Virus record (IMG/VR): IMGVR_UViG_2690315748_000001
Coordinates: 60,652 to 124,651 of that record
Source: a virus
Lineage: Duplodnaviria; Heunggongvirae; Uroviricota; Caudoviricetes
DNA: 64,000 nt
Direction: 5' to 3' (one strand)
Shown: piece by piece, positions 9,131 through 19,339 of the stretch
Layout of the letters: every line of letters starts with the position of its first letter
Numbering within the stretch: the stretch's first letter is position 1
Translations under genes and position numbers: made by a program
The notes under the pieces: model-generated
The model's input: only the letters and a program-made list of their open reading frames with translations
Databases searched by the model: none
What the model was told of the DNA's origin: nothing

Positions 9131-10219
9131 ATGAACGTAAATGACTTGCCAATAATCAAGGAGAGAATTTATGAGGAAGGTCTGGTAGAGCAAATACTTG
9201 AAGCATTAGAGTGTGAGTATGTTAGACCTATCGGGAATGCAAGATATGAAGCTATGTTGCCTTTACGATTCATGAAAGGGAATAAGAGGGCAGTTCAAGT
9301 GAAAAACACGCCTTCCTTGCCCTCTCACATTTACACAACAGGTGTGAATGGAGATATATTCCTTCTTGTTGGATACATCTTGTATGGAGTGGAAACACAA
9401 GAAGAACTTCAAGATATATTATTTCAATGTAAAGCTTTTGTTTGCAATCTGTTTGGATGGCATGAGTACATCACTTATGAACAAGGCGATGACTTCGAAG
9501 AGATTGTTGAGAAAAGGGATTATCTCGCGTTTTTAAGACCTACTCAGAAAGACAGAAAAAAACGGAATAGGCTTAAAGTTATGAGGGATAAGGAGAACCA
9601 AGTGTTGGACAAAGATACTGTATTCAGTTGGTATCGTCAGATTCCGCAAGGAGCCTTTATTGAGGATGGAATCAGTGTTCGTACACAGAAGGTTTTCGAA
9701 GTAATGTTTGATGAAACAACCATGAGAGTTGTGTTTCCTATCTACAACTCAAATGGTGAATTAGTCTCGATCAAAGGCAGATACATCGGAGATGATGAGT
9801 GGGTTCTTGACGAAATCAAGTATCTATATCTGTATAGCTTCGATAAGAGTATCGAACTATTCAATTATCATAGAGCATTACCATATATCAAAAAATCAGG
9901 TGAAGTAATTGTCTTTGAATCCGAAAAGTCCTGCATGAAAGCATATCAATATGGTTTCAAGAATTGCGTTGCGATTTGCGGCTCTGAATTGAGTCCTGTA
10001 CAGGCACACATGCTCATTATGCTAGGTGTTAATATAACTTTTGCTTTCGACAATGATATGGACGATGAGCATGTAAGAAAGCAAGCGAAGCAGATACGTA
10101 CACGAAAATGCTTCTGGATTAAAGACACCCTCGGACTTCTCGACGAGAAGGACGCGCCTGTCGATAAGGGGAAGATAGCGTGGATAAAATTAATGAACGA
10201 GTGTCGAAGCGTAATTTAG
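9131..10219 (+). CDS. DNA primase (TOPRIM domain)
   Basis: TOPRIM motifs VIVFESEKS ... FAFDNDMDDEH; adjacent to helicase. Confidence 0.6.
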   Translation: MNVNDLPIIKERIYEEGLVEQILEALECEYVRPIGNARYEAMLPLRFMKGNKRAVQVKNTPSLPSHIYTTGVNGDIFLLVGYILYGVETQEELQDILFQCKAFVCNLFGWHEYITYEQGDDFEEIVEKRDYLAFLRPTQKDRKKRNRLKVMRDKENQVLDKDTVFSWYRQIPQGAFIEDGISVRTQKVFEVMFDETTMRVVFPIYNSNGELVSIKGRYIGDDEWVLDEIKYLYLYSFDKSIELFNYHRALPYIKKSGEVIVFESEKSCMKAYQYGFKNCVAICGSELSPVQAHMLIMLGVNITFAFDNDMDDEHVRKQAKQIRTRKCFWIKDTLGLLDEKDAPVDKGKIAWIKLMNECRSVI

Positions 10220-10881
10220 GGTTTACAACACTCGCTATTCTGTTAGCGGTTCTTGCTACTGGATGTGGTCAAAACCATGAAGAAAATAAGGTAGATGTTG
10301 TCGAATCGAATACAGTTGTGTATAATCCAATCTTGGACTTGCAAGTTAAGAAAATCGTGGAAAAGCAAGCTGAGATCGAACGACAAGAGAAGGAAAAGCA
10401 AAAGGCTTTGAAAGCCGCTAAGACCAAAGCAGAAGCTAAGACTAAGGAAAAAGCAGAGAGAAAAGCGGAAGAAAAAACTGTAGCGGCTAAAACGGAAGCT
10501 AAAAAGAAGGCTAGACGAGAGGTAACGACACAAGCAGGAAGTGGTAGTTGGGATTCATATGTTTTAACTCACTATACAGCTACTTGCAGAGGGTGTAGTG
10601 GATTCACTAGAACCGAAATTGATGTTCGTAAAACTACTGAATATCATGGATACAAGGTTTTGTCTGTTGATCCAAGAAGGATTCCTCTCGGTTCGATTGT
10701 AGAGATCAAAGATGGCGATAGAACGTATAAGGCTATTGCTATTGATACAGGTGGTGCGATTAAGGGGAATAAGCTCGACCTACTTGTTGGTAGTAATAAG
10801 GAAGCTGTCAGACTCGGCAAGAAAAATATTAAGTTAAGGATAGTGAGAAGAGGATGGCAAGACGCAAAAAACAAGAGCTAG
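10180..10881 (+). CDS. Lipoprotein with C-terminal 3D (MltA/YabE/Rpf-like) domain
   Basis: Lipobox LAVLATGCGQ; coiled Lys/Ala/Glu-rich linker; 3D-domain signature YTATCRGCSGFT ... AIDTGGAIKGNKLDL. Confidence 0.55.
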   Translation: MDKINERVSKRNLGFTTLAILLAVLATGCGQNHEENKVDVVESNTVVYNPILDLQVKKIVEKQAEIERQEKEKQKALKAAKTKAEAKTKEKAERKAEEKTVAAKTEAKKKARREVTTQAGSGSWDSYVLTHYTATCRGCSGFTRTEIDVRKTTEYHGYKVLSVDPRRIPLGSIVEIKDGDRTYKAIAIDTGGAIKGNKLDLLVGSNKEAVRLGKKNIKLRIVRRGWQDAKNKS

Positions 10882-11117
10882 ACACAGTACCGATTGCAGA
10901 TCATTACGAAACGGTCGTTGCATTCACGCAAAATTGTTTTAAAGATGGTCAGGTAATGTGTATTATGCCGAAGTTTGGCGAGACGTATCAAATAAGTGGC
11001 AAGAATGGAAACTATACTTTTACAGAACAAGTGCTGGAAGACATGCTGGAAACAGGACAAGTGAAGATAACTTGGCGCAATGAAAAAGAAGTAAGTCTCA
11101 TGGGTGTTATAGTATAG
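10854..11117 (+). CDS. hypothetical protein
   Basis: ORF in array. Confidence 0.35.
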   Translation: MARRKKQELDTVPIADHYETVVAFTQNCFKDGQVMCIMPKFGETYQISGKNGNYTFTEQVLEDMLETGQVKITWRNEKEVSLMGVIV

Positions 11118-11139
11118 CCCATGGTTCACTTCTTTTAAT

Positions 11140-11160
11140 GAGCCGAAGAAAGTACTATAA
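11140..11160 (+). repeat. Repeated motif copy gagccgaagaaagtactataat (with TATAAT but weak -35)
   Basis: Exact core; the track ORF start ATG 11138 lies inside this element. Confidence 0.7.
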
Positions 11161-11179
11161 TAATAGGGAGTTGTTGTAT

Positions 11180-12868
11180 TTGGCGAAATGGATAAAGCGC
11201 AACAACGTAAAGGTTAAGAATGATATGTTGCTGATTGAGAAGTTAGCAAAGGTCAGAGGGATTAAGAATCTTGAAGAGTGGATGAACCCTCCTTCTATTT
11301 CAGTGAACAGCCCATACAAGCTGATGAACATTGATTTGATTGTCCAGAGAATCATAAAGGCAATTCACACACAAGAATTGATTGTGATTGTAGCTGACAT
11401 TGATACAGATGGAGTTTGTTCTACAGGAACCATGTTTAACTACCTGAAAGAATTGACTGACAATATCAAGTACATTCACGCACAACGGAGTCATGGTCAT
11501 GGTGTAGAGACTGTAGTAGATCAAATCCAAGAGGATTGTCTGGTGATTATTGTTGACTCGTCATCTAACTCTGTAGAAGGTTGTAAGGTATTGAGCGATA
11601 AGGGCATAGATGTACTCATTATCGACCATCACCAGATAGACGAAGAGAATCCATATGCAACGATTGTGAACTGTCAGCAGGGGGATTATCCAAACAAACA
11701 TCTTTCTGGTAGTGCAATGTGTTATAAGGTGTGTCAGGTTCTTGATGAATACTTAGACATTGATCTTGCTGACGATTTTCTTGATCTTGCGGCAATTGGA
11801 ATCGTAGCAGACATGATGGATATCAGAAACATGGAAAACCGATATCTTATCTACAATGGGATGAATAACATACTCAATCTTGGCATCAGGGAAATTTTGA
11901 AGCAAAGCAAGATTGACTATCAAGATGGCATCACCTCTACCAATATAAGCTTTAAGATTGCACCAATTATAGGCGCTTGCTCTCGTTTTGATAAAATTGA
12001 GTTGGCTCTTGAGCTTGTCACCTGTGAGGATGAAGCAAGAGTGAAAGAATTGGTCAAAGAGATGATTGAGATGAATGAAAAGCGTAAAGTCAATCAGAAG
12101 TTTTATGTTGAAGGTGCTGTCGAAAGTATTGACGATTCTCACAACATTATCGTCTACGTGGATAATGAAATTGATTCTGGCTTTAGAGGATTGATAGCAA
12201 CAGACTTTGTGGAACGATTCAATAAACCAGTATTCGTTCTAGCTGAATTTAAGGATGACGAGGGAAATATTATCGAGTATAAGGGTAGCGCGCGCGCAGT
12301 AGGCGTACTTCCTCTTAAAGAATTATGTGAAAGTACTGGTCTTTTTAATCTGACAAAAGGTCACGAAGGAGCCTTTGGTATTGGTTTTATTGCCGAAAAT
12401 CTCCCTAAGATAATTTCTTTCTTTGATGACACTTTAGATAGTACAGACCTTCAAAAAGTAGTTCAATACGACTTGGAATTGCATTCCAGTGACATTGACG
12501 AGATGGATATTAAACAAGTTGAGAAGTTTTCTCGGATCGTTGGTCAAGGATTCCCTGAACCAAAATTCCTTATAAAAGGATTGGTTGCGGAGGAAGAAGA
12601 AACCAAGAAGCTTGGCAAGTATGTTCGTGCTATACAAGGAGCTAACAAGGATACAATTAAGATTCCTTGCGAAGATGGATTTGCTCTGATGAAGTTCAGA
12701 ACACAAGATACGTATGCGAAGGATGTTGAAGATCATTTCTATGCTAATTTCGCTACTGAAATTGATGCAATCGGAAGCCTCAACATTAATCGTTTCTATC
12801 ATGGCGGTTATAAGCGTTGGATTACAACCAAGCAAGTGTTTTTGGAGGATTACAATATCATTGAATAG
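11180..12868 (+). CDS. DHH-family phosphoesterase, RecJ-like single-strand nuclease
   Basis: DHH motifs VADIDTDG and IIDHHQ, DHHA1-like C-terminal region; start uncertain (track ATG 11138 sits inside repeat/promoter; AGGGAG RBS at 11165 favours TTG 11171-11180). Confidence 0.6.
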   Translation: MAKWIKRNNVKVKNDMLLIEKLAKVRGIKNLEEWMNPPSISVNSPYKLMNIDLIVQRIIKAIHTQELIVIVADIDTDGVCSTGTMFNYLKELTDNIKYIHAQRSHGHGVETVVDQIQEDCLVIIVDSSSNSVEGCKVLSDKGIDVLIIDHHQIDEENPYATIVNCQQGDYPNKHLSGSAMCYKVCQVLDEYLDIDLADDFLDLAAIGIVADMMDIRNMENRYLIYNGMNNILNLGIREILKQSKIDYQDGITSTNISFKIAPIIGACSRFDKIELALELVTCEDEARVKELVKEMIEMNEKRKVNQKFYVEGAVESIDDSHNIIVYVDNEIDSGFRGLIATDFVERFNKPVFVLAEFKDDEGNIIEYKGSARAVGVLPLKELCESTGLFNLTKGHEGAFGIGFIAENLPKIISFFDDTLDSTDLQKVVQYDLELHSSDIDEMDIKQVEKFSRIVGQGFPEPKFLIKGLVAEEEETKKLGKYVRAIQGANKDTIKIPCEDGFALMKFRTQDTYAKDVEDHFYANFATEIDAIGSLNINRFYHGGYKRWITTKQVFLEDYNIIE

Positions 12869-12885
12869 GGGCGTGTGATAGTCAA

Positions 12886-13143
12886 ATGAATGAAGACATT
12901 TTGATTAAGATGTATGTAGAAGCGTCTGATGAAGGTCATGTCATTACAGGCTTAACGGTATCACGATCAGGCTCTATTATCGAGACGATTATTAATGATG
13001 ACAAACATAAAGATATTAGACATTTGAATCAATATGCTGGTGCAGTCATTATGGTTTTTTACAATAGAGAATTTCATGAATCAGGAGTTTTTGAAAAGGC
13101 TGGATTCAATAAAAACTTTGTAACTTCTGTTTATTACAAGTAG
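12886..13143 (+). CDS. hypothetical protein
   Basis: ORF with GGGGCGTG leader. Confidence 0.4.
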   Translation: MNEDILIKMYVEASDEGHVITGLTVSRSGSIIETIINDDKHKDIRHLNQYAGAVIMVFYNREFHESGVFEKAGFNKNFVTSVYYK

Positions 13144-13159
13144 AAAGGGTGATGATGAT

Positions 13160-13534
13160 TTGCTTATCCTTTTCTATTCTAAAACAGGGAATATAAGAAG
13201 ATTTTCAAACAAGCTTACTAAAAGAGGATTTGTTTGTAAAGACATTCTTGAGCATCCAAAAGTTGAAGAGGATTTTGTGCTAATCACGCCTACTCATGGA
13301 TTCGGGCAGATACCAGATGCAGTTCAGTTGTTTCTTAGAAACAATCTTGAACATCTGGTGGCTGTCGCTTCCAGTGGCAATAAGGTGTGGGGGAACGACT
13401 TGTTTGGGAAGAGTGGAGAAACAATTGCAGATGTGTACAATGTTCCCCTTTTACACAAGTTCCAGAGTCAAGGATTTGAATCAGATGTAGATATATTTAT
13501 TGAGAGGGTGTTGAGTCTTGGCAAAATGGATTGA
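13160..13534 (+). CDS. nrdI: NrdI flavodoxin-like protein
   Basis: TTG start; MLILFYSKTGNIRRF N-terminus and size typical of NrdI; immediately upstream of nrdE. Confidence 0.7.
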   Translation: MLILFYSKTGNIRRFSNKLTKRGFVCKDILEHPKVEEDFVLITPTHGFGQIPDAVQLFLRNNLEHLVAVASSGNKVWGNDLFGKSGETIADVYNVPLLHKFQSQGFESDVDIFIERVLSLGKMD

Positions 13535-15647
13535 GTACAATAATGAGGTAAAAATAGCCAAGGATGGCTTGTATCAGTTCGAAAAGGATAAAGAAGCTGT
13601 TAAGGATTACATGGTCAATCATGTAAATCAAAACATGGTATTCTTCCACGATCTTCGTGAGAAAATCAATTACATGATCGAAAACGATTATTATGACGCA
13701 AATCTGTTTGACATGTATACATTCAAGCAAATTAAATCAGTATTTAATAAAGCGTATAGCTTCAAGTTCCGATTCCCATCTTTTATGAGTGCATTCAAGT
13801 TTTATAACAACTATGCGCTCAAGACAGACGATCAGACTAAATTCCTCGAAAGATACGAAGATCGTGTCGCAGTATCTGCGCTTTACTTCGGTAAACTCTA
13901 CGCAAACTCTGACAATCAAGATGATATGTATCAAGAAGCATTGCGTCAGGTTGTTAATATGATGGAGCAAAACTATCAACCAGCAACGCCTACATTCTTG
14001 AATGCTGGAATCAGTAGAGGTGGAGAGAAGGTTTCCTGCTTCCTTTTGAGTACGCCTGATTCTACAGAAGGCATTAACTATGTGAATAATGCTGCATCTC
14101 AATTAAGTCGTCGTGGTGGCGGCGTAGGTATAAACCTTACTAGACTTCGTGCCATTGGTGAACCTATCAATGGTACGGAAGGCGTGTCTGGTGGGGTAGT
14201 TGGGGTAGCCAAACAGCTAGAAGAGCAGTTTAGTTATTTCAATCAGAATGGTAAGCGTGATGGTTCTGGCGTTGCGTATCTAAGCATCTTCCATGCAGAT
14301 ATTAATCGTTTCCTTGATACAAAGAAAGTAAATGCTGATGAAAAGATCAGACTCAAAACTCTCTCTATTGGTATCATTGCACCTAATAAATTCTTTGACT
14401 TAGCTATTGAGGGGAAACCATACTTTGTTTTCTATCCTCACAATGTCTATAAAGAGTATGGCATTGAATTGAATGATATGGATATGGATGAATGGTATGA
14501 CAAACTCGTTAGCAATCATAATATCCGAAAAGATAAGTTAGACCCTCGACAAATGCTAAATAAAGTAGCACAGATTCAACAACAGTCTGGATATCCATAC
14601 TGGATGTTCATCGACAATGCTAATGATGTGCATGTACTTAAAGATATTGGTCGAATCGAAATGTCTAACCTTTGCAACGAAATCTACCAATTATCCAAAC
14701 AAAGTAACATTTCCAAGAATATGTACGATGGAACAAGTGAATGGGGCTACGATGTGTCTTGTAATCTTGGCTCTCTGAACATCGTAAATGTAATGGAAAA
14801 CAAGAAAATCAAAGAAGCTGTTCATCTGGCTGTCAATGCTCTGAATGTTGTTGTGGATGATACAAATATTGAATCAGTTCCTACAGTAGCAAATGGTAAC
14901 AAGAACGTTCGTTCTCTTGGTTTGGGAGTCATGAACCTTCACGGATACTATGCAAAAAACAGCATCTTCTATGACAGTAAAGAAGCGAAAGACTTCGCCA
15001 ACACATTTATGATGAGTGTGAGATTCTATGCTATTCAACGGTCGATGGAGATCGCCAGAGATATGGGTACTGTATTCACAGACTTTGATAAGTCTGAGTA
15101 CGCAAAAGGAAAAGAAGGAAACTTGTTCCCTAAATACTTGAACAATAATTACTCTCCACGAACTGATAAGGTGAAAAAATTGTTTGAGGGAATTTATATT
15201 CCCAATCAATTAGACTGGGAATATTTGATGGAAGATGTTCAGAAGTATGGCATGGCAAATGCATATCTTTTGGCAATCGCTCCTACAGGAAGCATTTCAT
15301 ATATTCAGTCTGCTACTGCTTCGATTTCTCCAATCACTGAGCAAATTGAGACAAGAACTTATGGTGATAGCGTAACTCATTACCCTATGCCTTACATGAC
15401 AAATGACAATATGTTCTTCTATACACCAGCCTATGAGATCGACATGTTTAAGTACATTGATCTGGTGGCAACGATTCAAGAGCATGTATGTCAAGGCATT
15501 TCAACAACGCTGTTCGTTGATAGCAATAAGACAACAGAAGACCTTGCAATGTACTATGTATACGCAAATAAAAAAGGACTGAAAGGTTTGTACTATACGA
15601 GAACAAAGCTTTTGAGCGTAGATGATTGCGTTAGCTGTTCAGTGTAA
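13518..15647 (+). CDS. nrdE: Ribonucleotide reductase class Ib alpha subunit
   Basis: 709 aa; no ATP cone; C-terminal Cys pair CVSCSV; followed by nrdF; uninterrupted (no intron/intein). Confidence 0.85.
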   Translation: MAKWIEYNNEVKIAKDGLYQFEKDKEAVKDYMVNHVNQNMVFFHDLREKINYMIENDYYDANLFDMYTFKQIKSVFNKAYSFKFRFPSFMSAFKFYNNYALKTDDQTKFLERYEDRVAVSALYFGKLYANSDNQDDMYQEALRQVVNMMEQNYQPATPTFLNAGISRGGEKVSCFLLSTPDSTEGINYVNNAASQLSRRGGGVGINLTRLRAIGEPINGTEGVSGGVVGVAKQLEEQFSYFNQNGKRDGSGVAYLSIFHADINRFLDTKKVNADEKIRLKTLSIGIIAPNKFFDLAIEGKPYFVFYPHNVYKEYGIELNDMDMDEWYDKLVSNHNIRKDKLDPRQMLNKVAQIQQQSGYPYWMFIDNANDVHVLKDIGRIEMSNLCNEIYQLSKQSNISKNMYDGTSEWGYDVSCNLGSLNIVNVMENKKIKEAVHLAVNALNVVVDDTNIESVPTVANGNKNVRSLGLGVMNLHGYYAKNSIFYDSKEAKDFANTFMMSVRFYAIQRSMEIARDMGTVFTDFDKSEYAKGKEGNLFPKYLNNNYSPRTDKVKKLFEGIYIPNQLDWEYLMEDVQKYGMANAYLLAIAPTGSISYIQSATASISPITEQIETRTYGDSVTHYPMPYMTNDNMFFYTPAYEIDMFKYIDLVATIQEHVCQGISTTLFVDSNKTTEDLAMYYVYANKKGLKGLYYTRTKLLSVDDCVSCSV

Positions 15648-15699
15648 TGAGTGAGGGGCTTTGCCCCTCAATACTTAAAATAAGGAGAGGTTTAAAAAT

Positions 15700-16695
15700 A
15701 TGACTACATTCCAAGCTGTAAACTGGAATACACCAGAGGATGACTTTACCCTAACGTTTTACGAGCAGAACTTGAAGCAATTTTGGATTGATACTGAGTT
15801 CGTTCCAAGTAAGGATATCAAGGCGTGGGGCAAACTTTCAGACGCAGAAAGGGAAACGTATCGCAAAGTTTTAGGTGGTCTGACTTTGCTGGACACCGAA
15901 CAGAATGGTGTTGGTATGCCGCAAATTTTGGATCACGTTGATGGTTTGCAACGTAAGACTGTTCTTTCATTTATGTCTATGATGGAAGGTATTCACGCTA
16001 AGTCGTACAGCACAATATTTACTACACTAGATTCGAGCGAACAAATTAATGAAGTTTTTGAGTGGGTATCTGAGAATAAGTACCTACAGAAGAAGTTGAA
16101 CATTATTGATGGATACTACAGAAACATTGACTCTCCTAAAAAATTGTATATGGCTATGGTTGCGAGTGTTTTCCTTGAATCCTTCTTATTTTATAGCGGA
16201 TTTTTCTATCCACTGTATCTAGCTGGTCAAGGCAAGATGGTAGCCAGTGGAGAGATTATTAACCTAATTATTCGAGACGAAGCGGTGCATGGCTTGTATG
16301 TTGGGCTACTCGCACAAGAGGTTTATAACAATCTCTCTATTGAAGAGCAAAATGAAATAGAATTTGAAGTCTATGCACTTCTAAGAGAACTGATGGCGAA
16401 TGAAGATTTATATACAGAAGAGATTTACGCTGACATTAACCTTGATGCTGATGTTAAATCATTTCTTCGCTTCAATGCTAATAATGCCTTGATGAACCTT
16501 GGTAGAGAAGCCTTCTATGAAGAGAATGATGTGAATCCAATTGTACTTAATGGTCTTAGTACACAAACCAAAACGTTTGACTTCTTTAGTAATAAGGGGA
16601 ATGGATATCAAAAAGGTAAAGTTGCACCTATCACTGATACTACATTCGCTCATGTGTTTAAAATGCTTGAAAAATCGGAGGATGATAATTTATGA
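15700..16695 (+). CDS. nrdF: Ribonucleotide reductase class Ib beta subunit
   Basis: 331 aa ferritin-like; iron-ligand motifs EGIHAKSY ... RDEAVHG. Confidence 0.85.
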   Translation: MTTFQAVNWNTPEDDFTLTFYEQNLKQFWIDTEFVPSKDIKAWGKLSDAERETYRKVLGGLTLLDTEQNGVGMPQILDHVDGLQRKTVLSFMSMMEGIHAKSYSTIFTTLDSSEQINEVFEWVSENKYLQKKLNIIDGYYRNIDSPKKLYMAMVASVFLESFLFYSGFFYPLYLAGQGKMVASGEIINLIIRDEAVHGLYVGLLAQEVYNNLSIEEQNEIEFEVYALLRELMANEDLYTEEIYADINLDADVKSFLRFNANNALMNLGREAFYEENDVNPIVLNGLSTQTKTFDFFSNKGNGYQKGKVAPITDTTFAHVFKMLEKSEDDNL

Positions 16696-16946
16696 AGATT
16701 GTTAAGTTTGTACAGCCAACTTGCCAACCGTGTCGTATGGTGGATGGGTTTCTGAGTCACTTAGGATTGAAGGTAGATGAAACGATGGATATCGTAGTTG
16801 ATGATAAAGCGTTTGAGTTAGCTACAAGTTTTGGAGTTCGTAGCACTCCAACTCTCATCCTGTTGGACGATGAAGGCAATGAAGTAGATCGTGTTTCTGG
16901 TATGAATCACGAAGGGATTAAGAGATTATTCGAATTGCGTGGTTAA
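16692..16946 (+). CDS. nrdH: NrdH-like glutaredoxin/thioredoxin-fold redoxin
   Basis: CQPC redox motif near N-terminus, 84 aa, adjacent to nrdEF. Confidence 0.6.
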   Translation: MKIVKFVQPTCQPCRMVDGFLSHLGLKVDETMDIVVDDKAFELATSFGVRSTPTLILLDDEGNEVDRVSGMNHEGIKRLFELRG

Positions 16947-16993
16947 AACTTTGTGGCTATGGAGACATAGCCACAATATTCTGGAAGGGGAAT

Positions 16994-18832
16994 GTGAAAA
17001 TGGTCACAGAGAAAAGTTTGATGGAGAAATTTGATGAAATCGTGAGTAGTAACAACAAAGATTTAATTCAAGAAAATGCAAATACAGATGGTATGAGTCC
17101 AATGGGGATGATGTCACTGTTTGCATCAACATCTGCAAAAACATTTGCAGTTGAAAAGCTTCTATCCGAAGAAGCGAGAAATGCTTATCTTGAAGGTTAC
17201 ATTCACATACACGATCTTGATTTCTATGCAACAGGAACTACAACATGTTGTCAAATCCCTCTTGGCAAGCTGCTGAGAAATGGCTTTGATACTGGTCATG
17301 GACATATGAGGGAGCCGAATAACATTATGAGTGCGATGGCATTGACTTCAATTATTCTACAAGCAAATCAAAACCAACAACATGGTGGTCAATCCATTCC
17401 GATGTTTGACTATGACTTGGCTCCATATGTAGAGAAAACATATCAAAAGTGTTTAGAGATGTTGAAGTCTATCGGATTGGTTAATGATATAGAAGAAAAG
17501 GCTTGGAATCTGACTGATAAGCAAGTATATCAAGCCTGTGAAGCATTTGTTCATAATAGTAATTCTATGCATAGTAGGGGCGGTTCTCAAACTCCATTTA
17601 TATCAATTAACCTTGGAACAGATACCTCAAAAGAAGGACGCATGATTACAAAAAATCTCTTGCTTGCAACACAGGCAGGGTTGGGCGATGGAGAAACACC
17701 GATCTTCCCGATCACTGTATTCAAGGTTAAAGATGGAGTTAATTTCAATCCTGACGATCCTAATTACGATTTGTATCAGCTATCACTTGAAACTACATCC
17801 AAACGTTTATTCCCAAACTATGTTTTTATTGATGCGCCTTTTAACCTTCAATATTACAATGGAACACCAGAAAGCGAGATTGCTACGATGGGCTGTAGAA
17901 CAAGAACTATTAGCAATGTTAATGGAGACGAAACCCCTGTCGGAAGAGGGAACCTTTCATTTACATCTATCAATCTTCCTCTATTAGCTATTGAGTCAAG
18001 AGATATTGATGACTTCTTTTTTAAGCTAAATAAATATGTTGATATTAGTATTAAACAGTTATTTGACCGCTATTTATATCAGGCTAGTAAGAGTGTTGCT
18101 AACTTTAAGTTCCTATATAGTCAAGGAATCTGGTCTAATGGAGAGGAACTAGATTCAAACGATAAGCTAGGTGACATTCTCAAGCAAGGAACATTATCTG
18201 TTGGATTCGTAGGCTTGGCAGAAGCACTTGTTGCACTTATTGGAGAGCATCATGGGGAGAGCGAAGAAGCTTGGGAACTTGGGTATAGTATCATTAAATT
18301 TATTCGAGATAAAACAGATGTTGCTACACGAAAATACAATATGAATGTAACAACACTTGCTACCCCCGCTGAATCGTTTGCTGGTAAAGCACTTAAAACC
18401 ACAAGAGAAAAGCATGGAGTCATACAAGGTGTTACAGACAGAGAGTATTTCACAAATGGTTTTCACATCCCTGTGTACTATAAGATCGGTGCATTTAATA
18501 AAATTAAAAAAGAAGCTCCATTTCATAATCTAACTAATGCTGGACATATCACCTACATTGAGCTTGATGGCAATGCTTCCAACAATGTAAAAGCGTTAGA
18601 TGCAATTGTTCGTGCAATGAAGGAGAATGGAATTGGATACGGAAGTATAAATCATCCCGTAGATCGCTGTTTGGACTGCAAACATCAAGGTATCATTAAT
18701 GAAGAATGTCCTAAGTGCGAAAGTAAAAAGATTGAACGCATTCGTAGGATTACAGGATATCTTGTTGGTAGTATGGATAAATGGAACTCAGCCAAACGTG
18801 CGGAAGAAAGAGAACGGGTTAAACACTCATAA
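16994..18832 (+). CDS. nrdD: Anaerobic (class III) ribonucleotide reductase
   Basis: IHIHDLD ... TCCQ N-terminal signature, C-terminal Zn ribbon CLDCKHQ ... CPKCES and glycyl-radical motif RRITGY. Confidence 0.8.
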   Translation: MKMVTEKSLMEKFDEIVSSNNKDLIQENANTDGMSPMGMMSLFASTSAKTFAVEKLLSEEARNAYLEGYIHIHDLDFYATGTTTCCQIPLGKLLRNGFDTGHGHMREPNNIMSAMALTSIILQANQNQQHGGQSIPMFDYDLAPYVEKTYQKCLEMLKSIGLVNDIEEKAWNLTDKQVYQACEAFVHNSNSMHSRGGSQTPFISINLGTDTSKEGRMITKNLLLATQAGLGDGETPIFPITVFKVKDGVNFNPDDPNYDLYQLSLETTSKRLFPNYVFIDAPFNLQYYNGTPESEIATMGCRTRTISNVNGDETPVGRGNLSFTSINLPLLAIESRDIDDFFFKLNKYVDISIKQLFDRYLYQASKSVANFKFLYSQGIWSNGEELDSNDKLGDILKQGTLSVGFVGLAEALVALIGEHHGESEEAWELGYSIIKFIRDKTDVATRKYNMNVTTLATPAESFAGKALKTTREKHGVIQGVTDREYFTNGFHIPVYYKIGAFNKIKKEAPFHNLTNAGHITYIELDGNASNNVKALDAIVRAMKENGIGYGSINHPVDRCLDCKHQGIINEECPKCESKKIERIRRITGYLVGSMDKWNSAKRAEERERVKHS

Positions 18833-18940
18833 AGGCAGTATAAAATTCTTAACTACACCCATAATGTAAAGAATGAAGGTAATTTATGGGGCTTTATATT
18901 CCTGATGCTGGAAAAAATGTAGCCAAAGCACTTGATTTCG

Positions 18941-18996
18941 GAGTATAAGTCCTGTATACTTGTGCAAAGAGCCAAGCACAAGTATACAGGACTTAT
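18941..18996. other. Perfect 23-bp inverted repeat (stem) with 10-nt loop
   Basis: gtataagtcctgtatacttgtgc-aaagagccaa-gcacaagtatacaggacttatac; no T-run. Confidence 0.8.
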
Positions 18997-19141
18997 ACCG
19001 CGCTTTGTTGTTTCACGTATCATATGACGTATAACATGTGAAACTAGGCTCTGCAAGAGAATATTACTCATCAGCCAATCATAAATTATCTCATAATAAA
19101 CATTATGGGGTGAATTTTTGAAAAAGCGGGGAGGGCGTATA

Positions 19142-19321
19142 ATGAGTACTTTGACTATCAAAAGAGGTAATGTATTATTGTTCAAGGAAAGAAATGGTTT
19201 ACATGCAACAAAAAAAACAATACAAGAGTATGTAGAAATGATAAAACCATTTCATCTTCAAAGCGAAGAGTACCAACTTTCAAGCATTGAAGCTATGTAT
19301 GATGATGAGGAAGATGACTGA
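19142..19321 (+). CDS. hypothetical small protein
   Basis: ATG 19142 with GGGGAGGG RBS; TTGAAA..TATAAT-like promoter at 19118-19143. Confidence 0.4.
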   Translation: MSTLTIKRGNVLLFKERNGLHATKKTIQEYVEMIKPFHLQSEEYQLSSIEAMYDDEEDD

Positions 19322-19339
19322 TCTGAAAGGAACAACGCC

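Noticed and set aside
3488-12885. Short leader aGGGGCGTGT(gatag)TCAAATGA shared by the 3499 and 12886 genes
   Set aside because: Only two copies. It is most simply a similar GGGG-rich RBS context rather than a distinct element.
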